This document shows positions 1 through 12,985 of a DNA stretch of 61,936 nucleotides, in pieces. The notes under the pieces were generated by a model. That model made no database searches. It saw only the letters and a list, made by a program, of their open reading frames with translations, and was not told the DNA's origin. The translations under genes and the position numbers were made by a program. Source of the stretch: Octopus bimaculoides (Eukaryota); assembly GCF_001194135.2 (NCBI RefSeq), contig NC_068988.1, positions 91,115,810 to 91,177,745 of the forward strand, given 5' to 3'. Positions within the stretch are counted from its first letter, which is position 1; every line of letters begins with the position of its first letter.

Positions 1-10
1 TATATATATG

Positions 11-69
<59 letters not shown>

Positions 70-148
70 ATATATATGTATTTATGTATATATGTGTATA
101 TATGTATGTATATACATACATCCATCCATACATACATACATACATATA

Positions 149-345
149 GGAGCAGTGTGGTAAGAAGCTTGCTTCCCAATCACATGGTTCCGGTTTCAGT
201 CCCACTGCGTGGCACCTTGGCCATATATCTTTTACTATAGCTCCGGGCCGACCAAAGCCTTTTGACTGTCGATTTGTTCAACTAAAACCTCGCAAGGCAG
301 TGCTTCAGCATGGCCGCATTTAAATGACTGGAACAATTAAAAGAA
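149..345 (+). mobile_element. tRNA-derived SINE family A (head ...gtgtggtaagaagcttgcttccc...)
   Basis: A-box-like gtgtggtaag, B-box-like ggtttcagtccc; related copies at 1490-1857(-), 5285-5470, 18815-18975(-), 19470-19530(-), 53900-54000(-), 59715-59885. Confidence 0.75.
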
Positions 346-1489
346 TAAAGGAATTGATACAACGTTGTCCTCGACCTGAAAAAGAAGGAACAAAAGCGAA
401 GTTGATCTGTAGGAAAGTTTGGTTTAATATCCCACCATACATTATATGTTGCTATTTTACCGGTCACACATACACCAACCTCACAATCATATTCATAAAA
501 TGCATTCGCTTTCTTGAATGCTTTTGTGAACCCGTATGACACACATCGGAACCACAAAATATCATCAACTGACACACATATATTGAATAGAGACATGTGA
601 ACTTAAGCAGGATAATTTTATTTCACGTCGGGTATTTCAACATAATCACTAAGAGTGCACAGCTATGCCACAGGTAATGGATGCTATGATTTTTATCTAT
701 GTCTGAATTCAACTGAAAGAAACAATGGACCTCGGGAAAACAACGTAAACAGAATATGGAATATTTACTTCAAGTTACTCTAGGAATTTCACAAGACATC
801 TCACTAGGTGCCTCGGTGATTATTCACCTTATCTGCCACTGTTGAACTAAAGACAGTTCCTTGCTTATCCACATACATAAGTATGTGTGTGTCGTTTAAG
901 CTGTTGTAGGTGAACACGCACAAGAAAGACATGAGCAGAGAGGAAATAACATAGGACAGCTGTTCTGATCATTGTAGTTAGTGCGGAGCTGGGAAGATTT
1001 CTGGAACGAAGTTGATGGAAGGTGGTGTAATAAGTGTGGGTGGTAGGGGTAGGGTACTGGCCAGCTCCCAGGAACAGATTCCGCTGATAAAAACAAGCCA
1101 TAGTAGTGACATTTATGTGTCTACATTACAAAACAACTACACCATTCTAATAATTGTTTCAAATTTTGGCACAGTTAGATTATATCGACCTTTGTCGACT
1201 CCGAAAAGTTGAAAAGCAAAGTCGTCCTCGGTGGAACATAGACTCAGAACGTAAAGACTAAGATTGGCGAAGCATTTTGTCCGGCGTGTTAACGATTCTG
1301 CCAGCTTACCGCCCTAACTTTACCGGCAAAATATTAGTAGCTATCTTTATTTTCTTACATTTGTGTTCTACATTGCAGTACAGACGAGATTCCGATCGTG
1401 AGACTGCTCATCTTCTTATATGAAAGTACTTCTCATAATTTCAGTAATTTTTTTTAAAGCCTGGTACTTATTTCATAGGTCATTTTTCC

Positions 1490-1677
1490 CGAACTGCTAA
1501 CTTACAGGGACGTAAACATGCAAATACCGGTTGTCAAGCCGCGATGGGAGAGAAATGCACACACACAAACACGTGCGCGCATACACGCACACACATACGT
1601 ATACATAAAAACACACATACATATAAACACACACGCACGTACACTGATACACACATACACAGACACACAGATACACA

Positions 1678-1708
<31 letters not shown>

Positions 1709-1857
1709 GACGGTTTCTGCCTACCAAATCCACTCACTAGGTTTTCGTCGGTCCGAGTCTATAGCAGAAGATACTTACCAAAGTCGCCATGCAGTGAGAC
1801 TGAATCCGGGACTATGTGATCGGAAAGCAATTTCATACCACACAACCACGCCTGCAC
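1490..1857 (-). mobile_element. SINE family A copy with internal (CA)n
   Basis: Reverse complement of the family A head at 1709-1857 and tail piece at 1490-1545. Confidence 0.72.
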
Positions 1858-1875
1858 TTGTATGTGTGCATGTGT

Positions 1876-1918
<43 letters not shown>

Positions 1919-1993
1919 CTGCACCCGTGTGCGTACGTAGTGCATCCATATATGGACGCATGTATCTACTAATCTACCGATGTTTCGATCTAT

Positions 1994-2027
<34 letters not shown>

Positions 2028-2050
2028 GTCTGTCTGTCTGNNNNNNNNNN

Positions 2051-2099
<49 letters not shown>

Positions 2100-2527
2100 A
2101 CATACATGCGCACACACTGTATGCCTTAATATAAATGGATTCGTGGATAGGTCGTCGTCATCGTCGTCATCATCATTTTCATTATCAGCATCGTAATTAG
2201 ATTGAGCAATAAGTACCAGAGAAATTCTCCACTGAATAGCAGTAATTATTATAAGCAAATGATCAGAACGAAATAAAGAGCGGTGACAGAAAGGAGAAAA
2301 ACGTTCTAGTTTTAGAATATGTATTCTGTAAATAAGTGCAGAAAGGAGACGAATGTTAAGATGCAGTTACATCAGATGCAAAAGAAAAAATAGCTATCAA
2401 TATCTACTATAGTCAATCGAAAGCTCGAGAGACATTGTTCAAGGGAGATAACTTCTTAATAAAGAGTCATTCGTTATCTTCCTTACATCACAGCTAATTT
2501 TTTTAGCGTGTGTGTATGCTAGTACAA

Positions 2528-4827
2528 TAGTAGAACCTCGCAGTACGAGTGCACCATTGTACGAGCAATTTGCTGTACGAGCCGAGGCTCGTGCCAATTT
2601 AGTCGGCGCTGAGCTCGCACACGCTTTCCCAACGAGCGCAGTCTCCGCTCGCTTAGTTCACGTCTTCATCTCGCTGTGGCAGCATCGCTGTGGCAGCATC
2701 GCTGTTGTGTTTTCCCCAATGTTTTGGTTTAGTTTCGTGCATTTTTGCTATTATTTTATAATAATTAGTTATGTTAGCCATGGATTCTAAAAAAGGTGAG
2801 TGCAAAGGACAGTGCTGAGAAGAAGAAAAAGCTGATTACGATGGAATTGAAGAAGGAAATCTTCGATAAACAAGAGAGAGTAGTGCGAGTGTTGGATGTA
2901 GCACGTCAATATGACCGAGGCACGTTGGTGATCTGCACCATCCTGAAGAAAATGGATACGATCAAGGCTGTTACAACAGCAAAGTGTGTCTTCAGGGTCT
3001 CTAAGCAACGCACATCTGTCCACGAAAGGTTGGAAAAGTTGCTTCTCCCGCGGATCAACGGGGAGCAACTTGCAAGGGATACTATTACGGAGACCATCAT
3101 CTGCGAGAAAGCACGAGCGCTACATGAGGATCTCTTGAAGCAAAGCCCTGAAACATCGACGGAGGAGACATCAGCAGACGCATTCAAGGCCAGTCGTGGC
3201 TGGTTTGATTATTTTAAGAAGAGGAGCAGTGTTCATAGCGTCGTCAGTTATGGAGAAGCAGTGCGTTCTGATACGAAGGCAACTGGAGATTTCGTGCGTG
3301 ATTTCCGTCAGCTCATCGTAACCGAGGGTTACATCGCACAACAAGAAACTAGCTTGTTTTGGTAAAAAACAAAATGCCCAGAAGAACCTACATAACTGCA
3401 GAGAAGAAAATGTCAGGCTACAAACCTATGACAGGGAGGCTAACTCCCGCCCTTTGTGCTAATGCGAGTGGAGACTTAAAGATTAAGCCGCTCCTTGTCT
3501 ACCATTCTGAAAATCCACGAGCGTTCAAGTCACACAAAATCGTGAAGGAGAAGTTACAGGTCATGTGGAGGACAAACGTTAAAACCTGGATCACCAGGCA
3601 ATTCTTCTCCGAGTGGGACAACTTTGTCTTCGGACACAGCATTGAAAAAGTACCTATGAAGGACAATCTCCCTCTCAAGGCTCTCCTCATCCTCGACAAT
3701 GCTTCCACTCACCTTCCTAACCTCGAAGATGATATCCTGGACGAATTTAAATTTATAGAAGTTCTGTACCTTTCATGCCACACCAACAGGTGATTTCAAA
3801 TTTTAAGAAATTGTACACCAGACACCTGTTTCGTCGATGCTTTGAAGCCATCGAAAATACAAATCTAACTCTTTGTGAGTTTTAGAATGAGCACTACAAC
3901 ATTGTAAACTGCCTGAAAATCATCAATATAGCTTGGCAGGGTGTAACGAGGAGGACGCTGAATTATGCATGGAAGAAACTGTTGTCTGACTGCGTATCCG
4001 AAAGAGACTTTGAGGGGTTTGAGTCTGAGACACTTGTAGTCGAGGAGATAGTGTCTCTCTTGGCAAGTCCATGGGCCTCAAGGTTGATGATGAGGACATT
4101 AACAATCTCGTCGAGGAACACTCAGTGAAGCTGGTGACAGATGAACTCCTGCAGCTCCAGGAGCAGCAGCATTTGGATGCGGAAGAAGAGATTGGTTACC
4201 CGGAGTAGGACAGTGTTGCGGAGAATGCTATCTCTACGAGTGCCATAAAGGGAAGTGTTGGCGAAGTGGTCGCATGTTTCTGAATTTGGAGAAAAATATC
4301 ATCCTGAAAAAGTAGCTACAGGTCGTGAAGCTGCTTTATTTAATGACACTGCTCTGGTGCATTTTCAAATGCAGTAAAAAAAACAGATTTCTCTTGATAT
4401 GTTTCTAATGAAACGACCTGCAAGTGAAGAAAGTGTGTCTTGAATTAAGCTGAGAGAGAAAACGCCGGAAGTTGTTCTTCCTGAAGTTTTAATGGAAGGA
4501 GATTCTCCTTCCTAGCAGTAATCCTCCTCCACCCCCTCTATCGTCTTCCTCGCGCACAAATCATCCCATCTTCAGGGTAATTCAGTTAATAAAACCAGTT
4601 TACATATTTCTTTTGCATTCTCTTTTCTATAATTGCTATTTTACTTGTGACTCTACCTTCTCTGTTTTAAAACCCATAGAAAATTGTTTTGGGGTGGTTT
4701 GTGGGGCTGCGACGGATTAATTATATGATAGTTAATTTCAATGGGGAAAATTGATTTGTAAAACGAGTAAATCGTAAAACGAGCTCGGTCATGGAACGAG
4801 TAAAACTCGTATTTCGAGCAATCACTG
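2528..4827 (+). mobile_element. Tigger/pogo (TIGD1-like) DNA transposon, full-length, transposase decayed (about 2780-4521)
   Basis: CENP-B-type HTH (ELKKEIFDKQERVVRVLDVARQY, FKASRGWF), DDE_1 motifs ANASGDLKIKPLLVYHSENPRAF and LLILDNA, typical C-terminus EGDSPS; degenerate TIRs tagtagaacctcg..tacgag / ctcgtatttcgagcaatcactg followed by TA; several frameshifts and stops. Confidence 0.9.
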
Positions 4828-5706
4828 TATTGCTATTATGTTTGAATGAAAAGAGTTTCATTTACCATTTAAATTATCTAATAAATGGTTATCTTTAGAA
4901 AAATTGGAGGCTAATAAATTTCGTTAGACATCATTAGTAGGTCAATAACTTTAATCAGCCGCTGTCTATATACGTTTAGTTACTTTTATATTTATCACAT
5001 TTCAATGCGTTAAATGTTATTTAGAAATCTGTAAATATGTAGGCTTTCTTATCCTTTATGGCTTTCTAATGAATGGTAGAGAAGAGCCCGGTAATAAAAG
5101 ATAGGAAAATGATTTCAAATAGAAGTGAAAAGTTTTAAGAAGTGAACATTTATGAAAAATTATTTAACAGAAATTCAGAACTCAGCTTTTCTTACAGTTC
5201 AATGCGACAACATGAACCCTTAGACTACTCGAATGGTTAAACATCCTTACCTGAATATAATTAGCACTGCTGTGTCTTTTACTACAGTCTTGGACCGACC
5301 AAAGCAGCCTTCAGAGTGGATTTTATAGACGGAAGACCAAAGAATCCCATAACACACACACACACACACACACACGTGTGTGTACGTGTGTATGTCGCCC
5401 ATCACCGCTTCGCAGACGGTATTTTTGCGCTCACATCTCCGTAACTTAGCGGTTCAGGAAAATCAATACATTTTAGATATAATTAGCAATATGTGATTGT
5501 AAATTTTGGAACAAGGCCAGCAATTTCGAAGGAAAGGGAAACCAGTCATATCTGGCCAAAATAGTGTATCTGTTGCATGTTGTTCAAACCGGTCAGAAAT
5601 CAAATTCTCAAGGCTACGCGACAATACATAGATTCAAAGCAATGAGGAGAAAGAGGCATTACATTCGACACAGTGATTTGAATGATAAGGAGTTAAATAT
5701 AGAGTA

Positions 5707-6460
5707 TCTATATAATAACCTGCTTGTTCGTTCGTCCATTATACATTAGTTAGCTAGAGACCTGGAGGTGAAGTGGGCGAGAGGTGGAGTAGGAGTGAGA
5801 GAGAGGGAGGAGCGAAGAAGAGAGGAAGAAGTAGAGAAAGGTGATTAAAATCAATACACTTAGGCTAAATGGTCACGTGGTAGAGGCGAAGAACGAGAGA
5901 AAAAGACGATGAGAGAAAAATAGGGAGAGAGAAGTGTTAACGACGAGGGGTGAGGAAGGAATACTTATTACGCGGTTAAAAAGTTAGCTGAAGGGGATAG
6001 TAGATAGCGAGAGATGGACAGAGATGCAGTTATATTGAGAGAGTCAGATAGCAGTGGTATGCTGATACTGAAAATAATTTTTTTCATTGAACTAATTTTT
6101 TTATAGCGACCATCGCACATGCATAAGTGCAATTATCGTCTGCACGCTTAAAAGATTGATATTTGTTTATAAGGGTTAACTTAGCTTAAACTCTAGATTC
6201 GCAAAAAACACAGTGCAAACTGCCCGAGAAAGGTTGCGCATATATAAAGCACCGGATGAGAAAGGAACAGCAAGAAGATATAATAAAAAGAGGAAAAAGA
6301 CAACGCCGGCAGAGACGTGAGGAAATGAATGTAGACGAACGTCAAGAATATTTAAAGAAAGCTAAACTATGAATATTATAAAAATGCAAATCGTCTGCTT
6401 TTTCTTAAATAGGTCCTCTTAATTTTTTCCATTCCGTGGAATTTCCACGAGCTCTACTAG
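5707..6460 (+). mobile_element. Non-autonomous Helitron, 754 bp
   Basis: 5' TC (a|tctatataataa), 3' hairpin CGTGGAA-T-TTCCACG (6435-6449) then CTAG|t; inserted between A and T with no TSD; empty site in the paralogous block. Confidence 0.88.
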
Positions 6461-6708
6461 TTTATTGTAGCTTTGGATACAGGCACCTTTGATAACGATA
6501 CCAGGTTTATTTTCTTTCAGAGTATTCTAATTACTCTGATAAATCTTTAATGACTCACAGGAGAAACGTGATTAAAAATTTAAAAAAAGCAAAGCTTGGT
6601 TTTGTCAATGTTTACGTCTGTTTAGACAACCAAGAGTAACAATGCCAACAACCACAGCAACAACGAAGTGAGTATAAAATCAATGAAGTTTAATCTGAAT
6701 AAACAAGC

Positions 6709-6823
6709 TCAGCCAACTTTAACATTCCCTGTCACCACTGTCATATTGGCCTTTTTAACTTCCTGTATGTACAACACTAGTTTGGAACACTGTTACTCCA
6801 AAGGACAAGAGTTTCTCACATGT
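6709..6823 (-). pseudogene. Orphan paralogous copy of the GRL last exon
   Basis: ttttctag|TCEKLLSFGVTVFQTSVVHTGS*; aligns to 47124-47249 with a 1-nt insertion and about 12-nt deletion; flanks also homologous. No upstream exons found by eye. Confidence 0.8.
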
Positions 6824-7223
6824 CTAGAAAAGGAAAAGAAAAAATAAGAGAAGTAGAACAAGTTCAGATTAACAGTCCAAAGTCATTTCATAGTCTATTT
6901 AATAGCGAAATAAATATATTGTACAGTGTTTGTTGATAATTTTACTGTATGTGCAGGTCAGTGCAGATAATATGGTAGTCACTCTAGATTCGAGTTAATC
7001 TTGTACAGTAACTGATGATCGGTAGATTATTTGGTAATCAGTGTTGATTATTTAGTGGTCAGTGTAGTTATTAATTGGTTAATTCAGGTTATTTAGTGAT
7101 CAGCTTAAAGTATTTGCAAAATAATTTAGTGAGAGTATTACATAAGAAACTAAAATTAATTATCATGCAGGGAATTAAATAGCATGCATAGAATTTTTAA
7201 ATATTTATTAGGAACTGAATTAA

Positions 7224-9300
7224 CACTGTTACAAAATTTTGCAAAAGTTTTCTTACCCTAATTTTCTAAGTGTTTATATCTAAATTTTCGCTCCAATTCC
7301 GAAAATTGTCTTACTTTTTCTTGACCATCGACTGCTGTTGAGATACATGAAACTACGCTAATTAATAACAAATGTACTGTTTAGGGGAAGGACCATCTCA
7401 TTTGTACACAAAATTTGAGATAGCTCGGGAAAATCGTGCTTTTGGTTTAATATAAACCTCTAATGAATGAACAGTGATAAGCTACTCCATGGTACTCAAC
7501 AGATATGCCAATTTCATTTCAGTCTGTCAAAACTGATGGACTCCCTTTCTGTGAAGTAGAGAGCCTATTCATTAAGGTGTATATTGAAATGGTACTTATA
7601 TATTTTTCTTCTTCAGCTTTTGTACTGTGAATATTTCTCTATATTTTTTTGACCATAGTTACTAGAGGGTACAGAAATTCTCCAGATTATTTCTGTTATG
7701 TGTGCAGATAGTATGTTGCAACAAAGCATGTACGACATAAAATCGTGAAAGGTGCCAAATACTAATAAAACTCATACTATAGGTAGAAGATACTATGAAG
7801 CTCTCATCTGGAGAGTCCGAAGGTAGCAGCAACCAAGAGATGGATGAAGCGATCGAGCTAAGAATGAATATTCACCCACACTTTCTAAATCAACGCGAAC
7901 TGGACGATCTCATCGGGAATTTAGGCCTCACCAATTCAGGAGCTGAATTTGTAGCATCCAAGTTGAAGGAGCGGAATTTGTTAAAGGAGGACTACAAATC
8001 AACAGTGTACAAGAAAGGACATGAGGAATTCGAAGTATACTTTGATATTTCTGAAGATCTGTCTCTGCAAAGATATAAGTGGCGTGTTTGCAGCTAATGG
8101 TGCCTTTTCATAGACAGCTCAGTTAGAAGCCTCAAAGCAGTTTTACTACACAATGGTAATCAGTATCCACCTCTGCCTATCGTATGCTCTTTTCAGATGA
8201 AAGAAAAATATGAAACTATCAAAAAGCTTCTTCAGAAAGACTATAAGTGAGATATTTGTGGTTATTTTAAGAAGTTTGTCTTTTTGCTAGGATTGCGAAG
8301 TGGATACACAAAATATTCGTGTTTTCTTTGCGTATGGCACAGCAAAGCCGATCATACGGGAAGGTTGAGTGACCCCTTCCCCACAAGAAATGATATGCAG
8401 CCGGGAATGTCATAAGACAACCTCTTGTAGAGTCTGCCAAGGTTTTGTTACCTCCGCTTCACGTAAAACTGGGTTTGGTCAAACAATGCGAAGGCTTTAG
8501 ATCATTCTGGAGAAGCCTTTCAAGGAATTCGTTTGCTCTTTGCAAAGCTATCTAAGACAAAGTTTAAGGGTGGCATTTTTACTGGACCGCAAATAAGGAC
8601 AATGCTGAGTTCAGAGAAATATGATAAAGCAATGAGTGATATCGAAAAAGAGATATGGTGTGCATATCATGGCATATTTTTTGGCTTTCAAGGTCAGAAC
8701 AAATGTCCCAACTACAAGCAGCTGGTGATAACGCTTAATGAGAGTTTTAAGAAGTTAGGGTTAGGGTTAGGGTTAGGGTTAGCTATCAAACTTCCTTAAA
8801 CGTGCACTACTTGAATTCACATTTAGACTTCTTTCCTGAAAATTAGGTCAAGTCAGTGAGAAGCATGGTCAGAGATACCATCAGGACATTACTACACTGG
8901 AGAAGAGATACCAAGGAAGATAAGACACTACCATGACGACAGACTATATATGGTCATTTGCCCGCAAAAAGATAAAGGAGATCACAGTAGGAAAACACAA
9001 TCCTTAATGCATTTCTAGTGTAATCTCAGCATATGCCTACGTAGATTTTTCTGTGTAGCTTAAAGTGCAATGCAATAAATGACGACAAAAATATTACTTG
9101 ATTGATATTGTCGCACAATGTGAATAAGGTCAAATATAGCACTACCGCACCAAAATATATTTTTTCTTCCAGTATAAAACCATGATTATTTCTTAAATTA
9201 TCGATAGGAAGCAAAATCTAAGGGCATTTTTGAAATCAAGAGAAGAAGAACACCAAGGAACATTAAAAACATTTAGAAAAACAAAATTGGTGTTACAGTG
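7224..9300 (+). mobile_element. Chapaev3-like (CMC) DNA transposon, internally deleted and decayed
   Basis: TIRs cactgttaca-aaattttg / caaaattggtgttacagtg, flanks taa / tta; remnant motifs NSPDYFCYVC, LLPPLHVKLGLVKQ, GGIFTGPQIR, HYLNSHLDFFPE, HGQRYHQDI. Superfamily label is from recall of these motifs and CAC termini. Confidence 0.7.
8755..8782 (+). repeat. (TTAGGG)4TTAG telomere-type repeat inside the transposase gene
   Basis: Direct reading; begins at in-frame TTA GGG (Leu-Gly) codons. Confidence 0.95.
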
Positions 9301-9755
9301 TTATCGAAAATGCCTTGTTTAGAAAGACAGCACGGTAGGATTTAAGGAGGATTTGGTTGCTATTTTTACCTGGTCGAGCGACCACATAAATGTTTGCTTA
9401 TTCTGCAATGTATAGGTCACTTGTATTTTGCTGATTTAAATTTTTTTTTCCTGGGATGTGTATACAATCAAATCATATGGGTTTCTGATTTGCGTAAACA
9501 CATTCTCATGACCGAATTCAAGATAATATTCTTAATATTCCCAACCGTATGTTCACACGTCCATTAACACACCTTCAATCACAAACAATGGTCAACATCT
9601 CCACACACGCGCAAGCACACACAGGCTCACACATGCACACATACACACATACCAGCGCCCCCCGTACGCATACACATTCGCGCACCTGTGTGTGTCTTAA
9701 CCAGTCATCAAACCGTTTACAAAAACCTGTTGTTACAACTCAAATTATTTGTCAT

Positions 9756-9851
<96 letters not shown>

Positions 9852-10807
9852 ACCTATTTATCTATTTATATCCCTCCCGTCTCTCTCCAATCTATCTATT
9901 TGCACTCTTTGTGTGTGTGTGTGTAGGTGTATGTATATATACACACTCACACACACACATAATACATACATACATACATACATACATACATGGGAAGAAA
10001 CAGGGAGGCAGCGAAAGACAGGAAAAAAGAAAGAGAGAAAGGAGGTGAATAAACATTACGATTAACTACCGTCATTATTTTTATCACCATCAGTAAAAGA
10101 AGAAACAGCGACGATATCAACACCACTAAGAAAGAGGGGAGCGAGTCTGTGAAGGAAAACAATACCGAAGTCACTCGATTGTCTGAAAATAGCAGCTAAA
10201 TCTCCCTTAAATCATACATTCTAACATATTCTAACACAGTCTTTGATAGCTCTAAAAAAAAAAAGCGATAATTGTTTGAATGTCCTTGAGTATTGGTCGT
10301 TAGGATTGACGTGGGTAAAACATCAAATCAGAAAAGTTATACAACAAAACAATAAGAGAAAGAAAAGACCAACAACCTGAAGAGGCTAATGTTAAAACGA
10401 TGTCCTAGTGTACGCAGACAATATGACGGGCTGATATTACTTTACCCCTGTTGAAGTGTCAGGTAACATTTTCCCCATATTTTCCTACACATTATTTCAC
10501 AAATATTCAACACACACACACACATATAACACATACTCACGCACATAACACACACACACACACACACACTTGTTTGGATACGGTAAAGAAATTTAGTCTG
10601 TCTGATAAATACTCACATTTGGTTTTACAAACGGGAGCAAACCTAATACACCTGTTTTTATGTTCTCAGTTCAAATGCCGCCGGGGTCGACTTTGGTTTT
10701 CATCCTTTCAGGGTCGATAAATTAAGTACCAGTTGCGTACTGGGGTAGATTTAATCGACTGGCCCCTAACCCCAAAATTTCAGGCCTTGTGCCTAGAGTA
10801 GAAAAGA

Positions 10808-10834
10808 TTATTATTGTTGTTATTGTTGTTGTTA

Positions 10835-10913
<79 letters not shown>
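10808..10913. repeat. (ATT)n/(GTT)n microsatellite between tandem SINE-B copies; similar (ATT)n at 12623-12729 and 12929-12984
   Basis: Direct reading. Confidence 0.95.
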
Positions 10914-11130
10914 GGCGGCGAGCTGGCAGAAACGTTAGAACGCCGGGCAAAAGCTTAGCGGTGTTTCGTCTGTCTTTATGTCCTAAGTTCAAATTCCGCC
11001 GAGGTCGACTTTGCCTTTCATCCTTTCGGGGTCGATAAATTAAGCACCAGTTGCGTACTGGAGTCGGTCTAATCGACTGGTCCCTTTCCCCAAAATTTCA
11101 AGCCTTGTGCCTAGAGTAGAAAAGACTATT
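10914..11130 (+). mobile_element. tRNA-derived SINE family B (head ggcggcgagctggcaga..., B box gttcaaattcc, (ATT)n tail)
   Basis: Near full copy; related copies at 1185-1316(-), 10660-10810, 12180-12285, 12735-12930, 21098-21310, 42490-42600, 46455-46675(-), 49993-50200, 50225-50400(-). Confidence 0.8.
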
Positions 11131-11142
11131 ATTAATATTATT

Positions 11143-12163
11143 GCTTTGCACAGCTTCTAACGCTGGAGATGTACTAACGGTGTCAGCTGTTCACTACCAG
11201 TGAACTAAGGTAACACCTCTTATTTTTCGAGCACCTTTCTGGAGTATTCGAAAGGTTCCAAGCAGTGCTGTTTTCTGCAAATGCTCCACCCTTATTGCAG
11301 CCCTTATTTGTTCCATGTACTTCTCAAGATGTTTATTCACTGTTCCTAGGGCTCCGACAATTATTGGTACTACTATCACCTTTTTCATCGACCACAACTG
11401 CTTAACTTCCCAAGCTAACCTGTCATATCTCTCGACTTTCCTTTCTTCCTTATTGCATACCTTGTTGTCAGCTGGGCATGCTATATCTATGATCCAGCAT
11501 AGTTTGCTTTGTTTCTCAATTAAGACTATGTCTGGCTTCCTATTCTCTATCTCATGGTCACACTGAATCATAAAATCCCACAGGATCTTGGCATTACCAT
11601 TTTCGATGATGCCTTCGGGTTTATGGTCGTACCAATTTTTTGCTCTGTCAAGTCCATACTTGTTGCAAAGTATCCAATGGACAAGCCTTGCTATATCGTC
11701 GTGGCGTCTCTTATATTCCTTCTTGGCTAGTGGCGTACATTGACTGGTTGTATGCCATACGGTTTCACCATTTTGTCCACAAATTCTGCACTTATCACTT
11801 TCTGATGTGTTGTCTATTCTGTATTTTATGTAATTTGTTCTTAGTGCTTGCTCTTGGGTAGTTCAGATTAGAACCTCCGTTTCCGGTTTTAAATCGCTTT
11901 TAGTCATCCACAGCCATTTTTTTTTCTCTGTCTGTCTTATCTTCAACATCCGTATGAAATTGCCCATGCATTCTTTTCTTTACACAGTTTCATTCGTTTT
12001 CAATTGTTTGTACAGTGCTTTATCTTTGCAATCTTTCACCCTACACAAGCCTGACCTTCTTACTTCTAATAATAGCGGTTCTGTGGCATTTTTTACAGAC
12101 CATGCTATGTTGTTTTCTTCTGCTTTAATGCTGTGTTCGCATCCAATAAGTCCTCTTCCTCTT
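11143..12163 (-). mobile_element. R4/Dong-like RLE non-LTR retrotransposon, 5'-truncated 3' fragment
   Basis: GRGLIGCE, MHGQF, WLWMTKSDLKPETE, QEQALRT, CCHC knuckle CRICGQNGETVWHTTSQC, RHDDIA, KILWDF, PD..D..K (RKPDIVLIEK..IIDIACP..K); flanked both sides by (ATT)n. Confidence 0.85.
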
Positions 12164-12622
12164 ATTATTATTATTATTAGGGCAGCGATAAATTAAGTAC
12201 CAGTGAAACACTGGGGTCAGTGTATTCAACCAGTCCTCTCCCCACAAATTTCAGGCTTTATGCCTATAGTAGAAAAGATTATTATTAAATTGTAATTTTG
12301 AATTTTTATCACTTCTTATTTTGAACTTGTCAAAGACAGACGTACTTTTCAAATATCGATCAACTAATAAAATATCTTAAAATCGAATCGTGCTCTTTGT
12401 CTTAACTGTTTACCTNNNNNNNNNNNNNNNNNNNNNNNNNNNNNNNNNNNNNNNNNNNNNNNNNNNNNNNNNNNNNNNNNNNNNNNNNNNNNNNNNNNNN
12501 NNNNNNNNNNNNNNNNNNNNNNNNNNNNNNNNNNNNNNNNNNNNNNNNNNNNNNNNNNNNNNNNNNNNNNNNNNNNAGTTGGATATATTCGCGAATATTA
12601 TTGATATTTTTCTTGCTCTGGC

Positions 12623-12730
<108 letters not shown>

Positions 12731-12927
12731 GTCAGCTAGCTAGCAGAATCGTTAGCACGCTTAGCGGTAATTCGCCCGTCGCTACGTTCTGAGTTCAAAT
12801 TCCGCCGAGGTCGATCTCGCCTTTCATCCTTTCAGGCTCGATGACACTGGGTTCTATGTAATCGACTCATCCCTCCCTCATTTGGGGGGAGGGATGAGTC
12901 GGTTGCCCTTGTAGCAAAATTTGAAAC

Positions 12928-12984
<57 letters not shown>

Positions 12985-12985
<1 letters not shown>

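Larger units (their letters stand above)
5497..7223 (+). repeat. Direct segmental duplicate of about 46454-47680 (GRL 3' end), interrupted by a Helitron
   Basis: 5548-5706 matches about 46714-46870 and 6461-7223 matches about 46871-47680 by visual alignment (e.g. actagtttggaacact, gtcactctagatt, gcatgcatagaattttta); both begin with the same SINE piece aattttggaacaaggccagcaatttcga. Confidence 0.88.

Noticed and set aside
1497-2258. ORFs made of CV/HT/YI/LS/poly-L/poly-N repeats here and throughout the window
   Set aside because: Translations of (CA)n, (TA)n, (GA)n and (ATT)n microsatellites; no domain or splice support.
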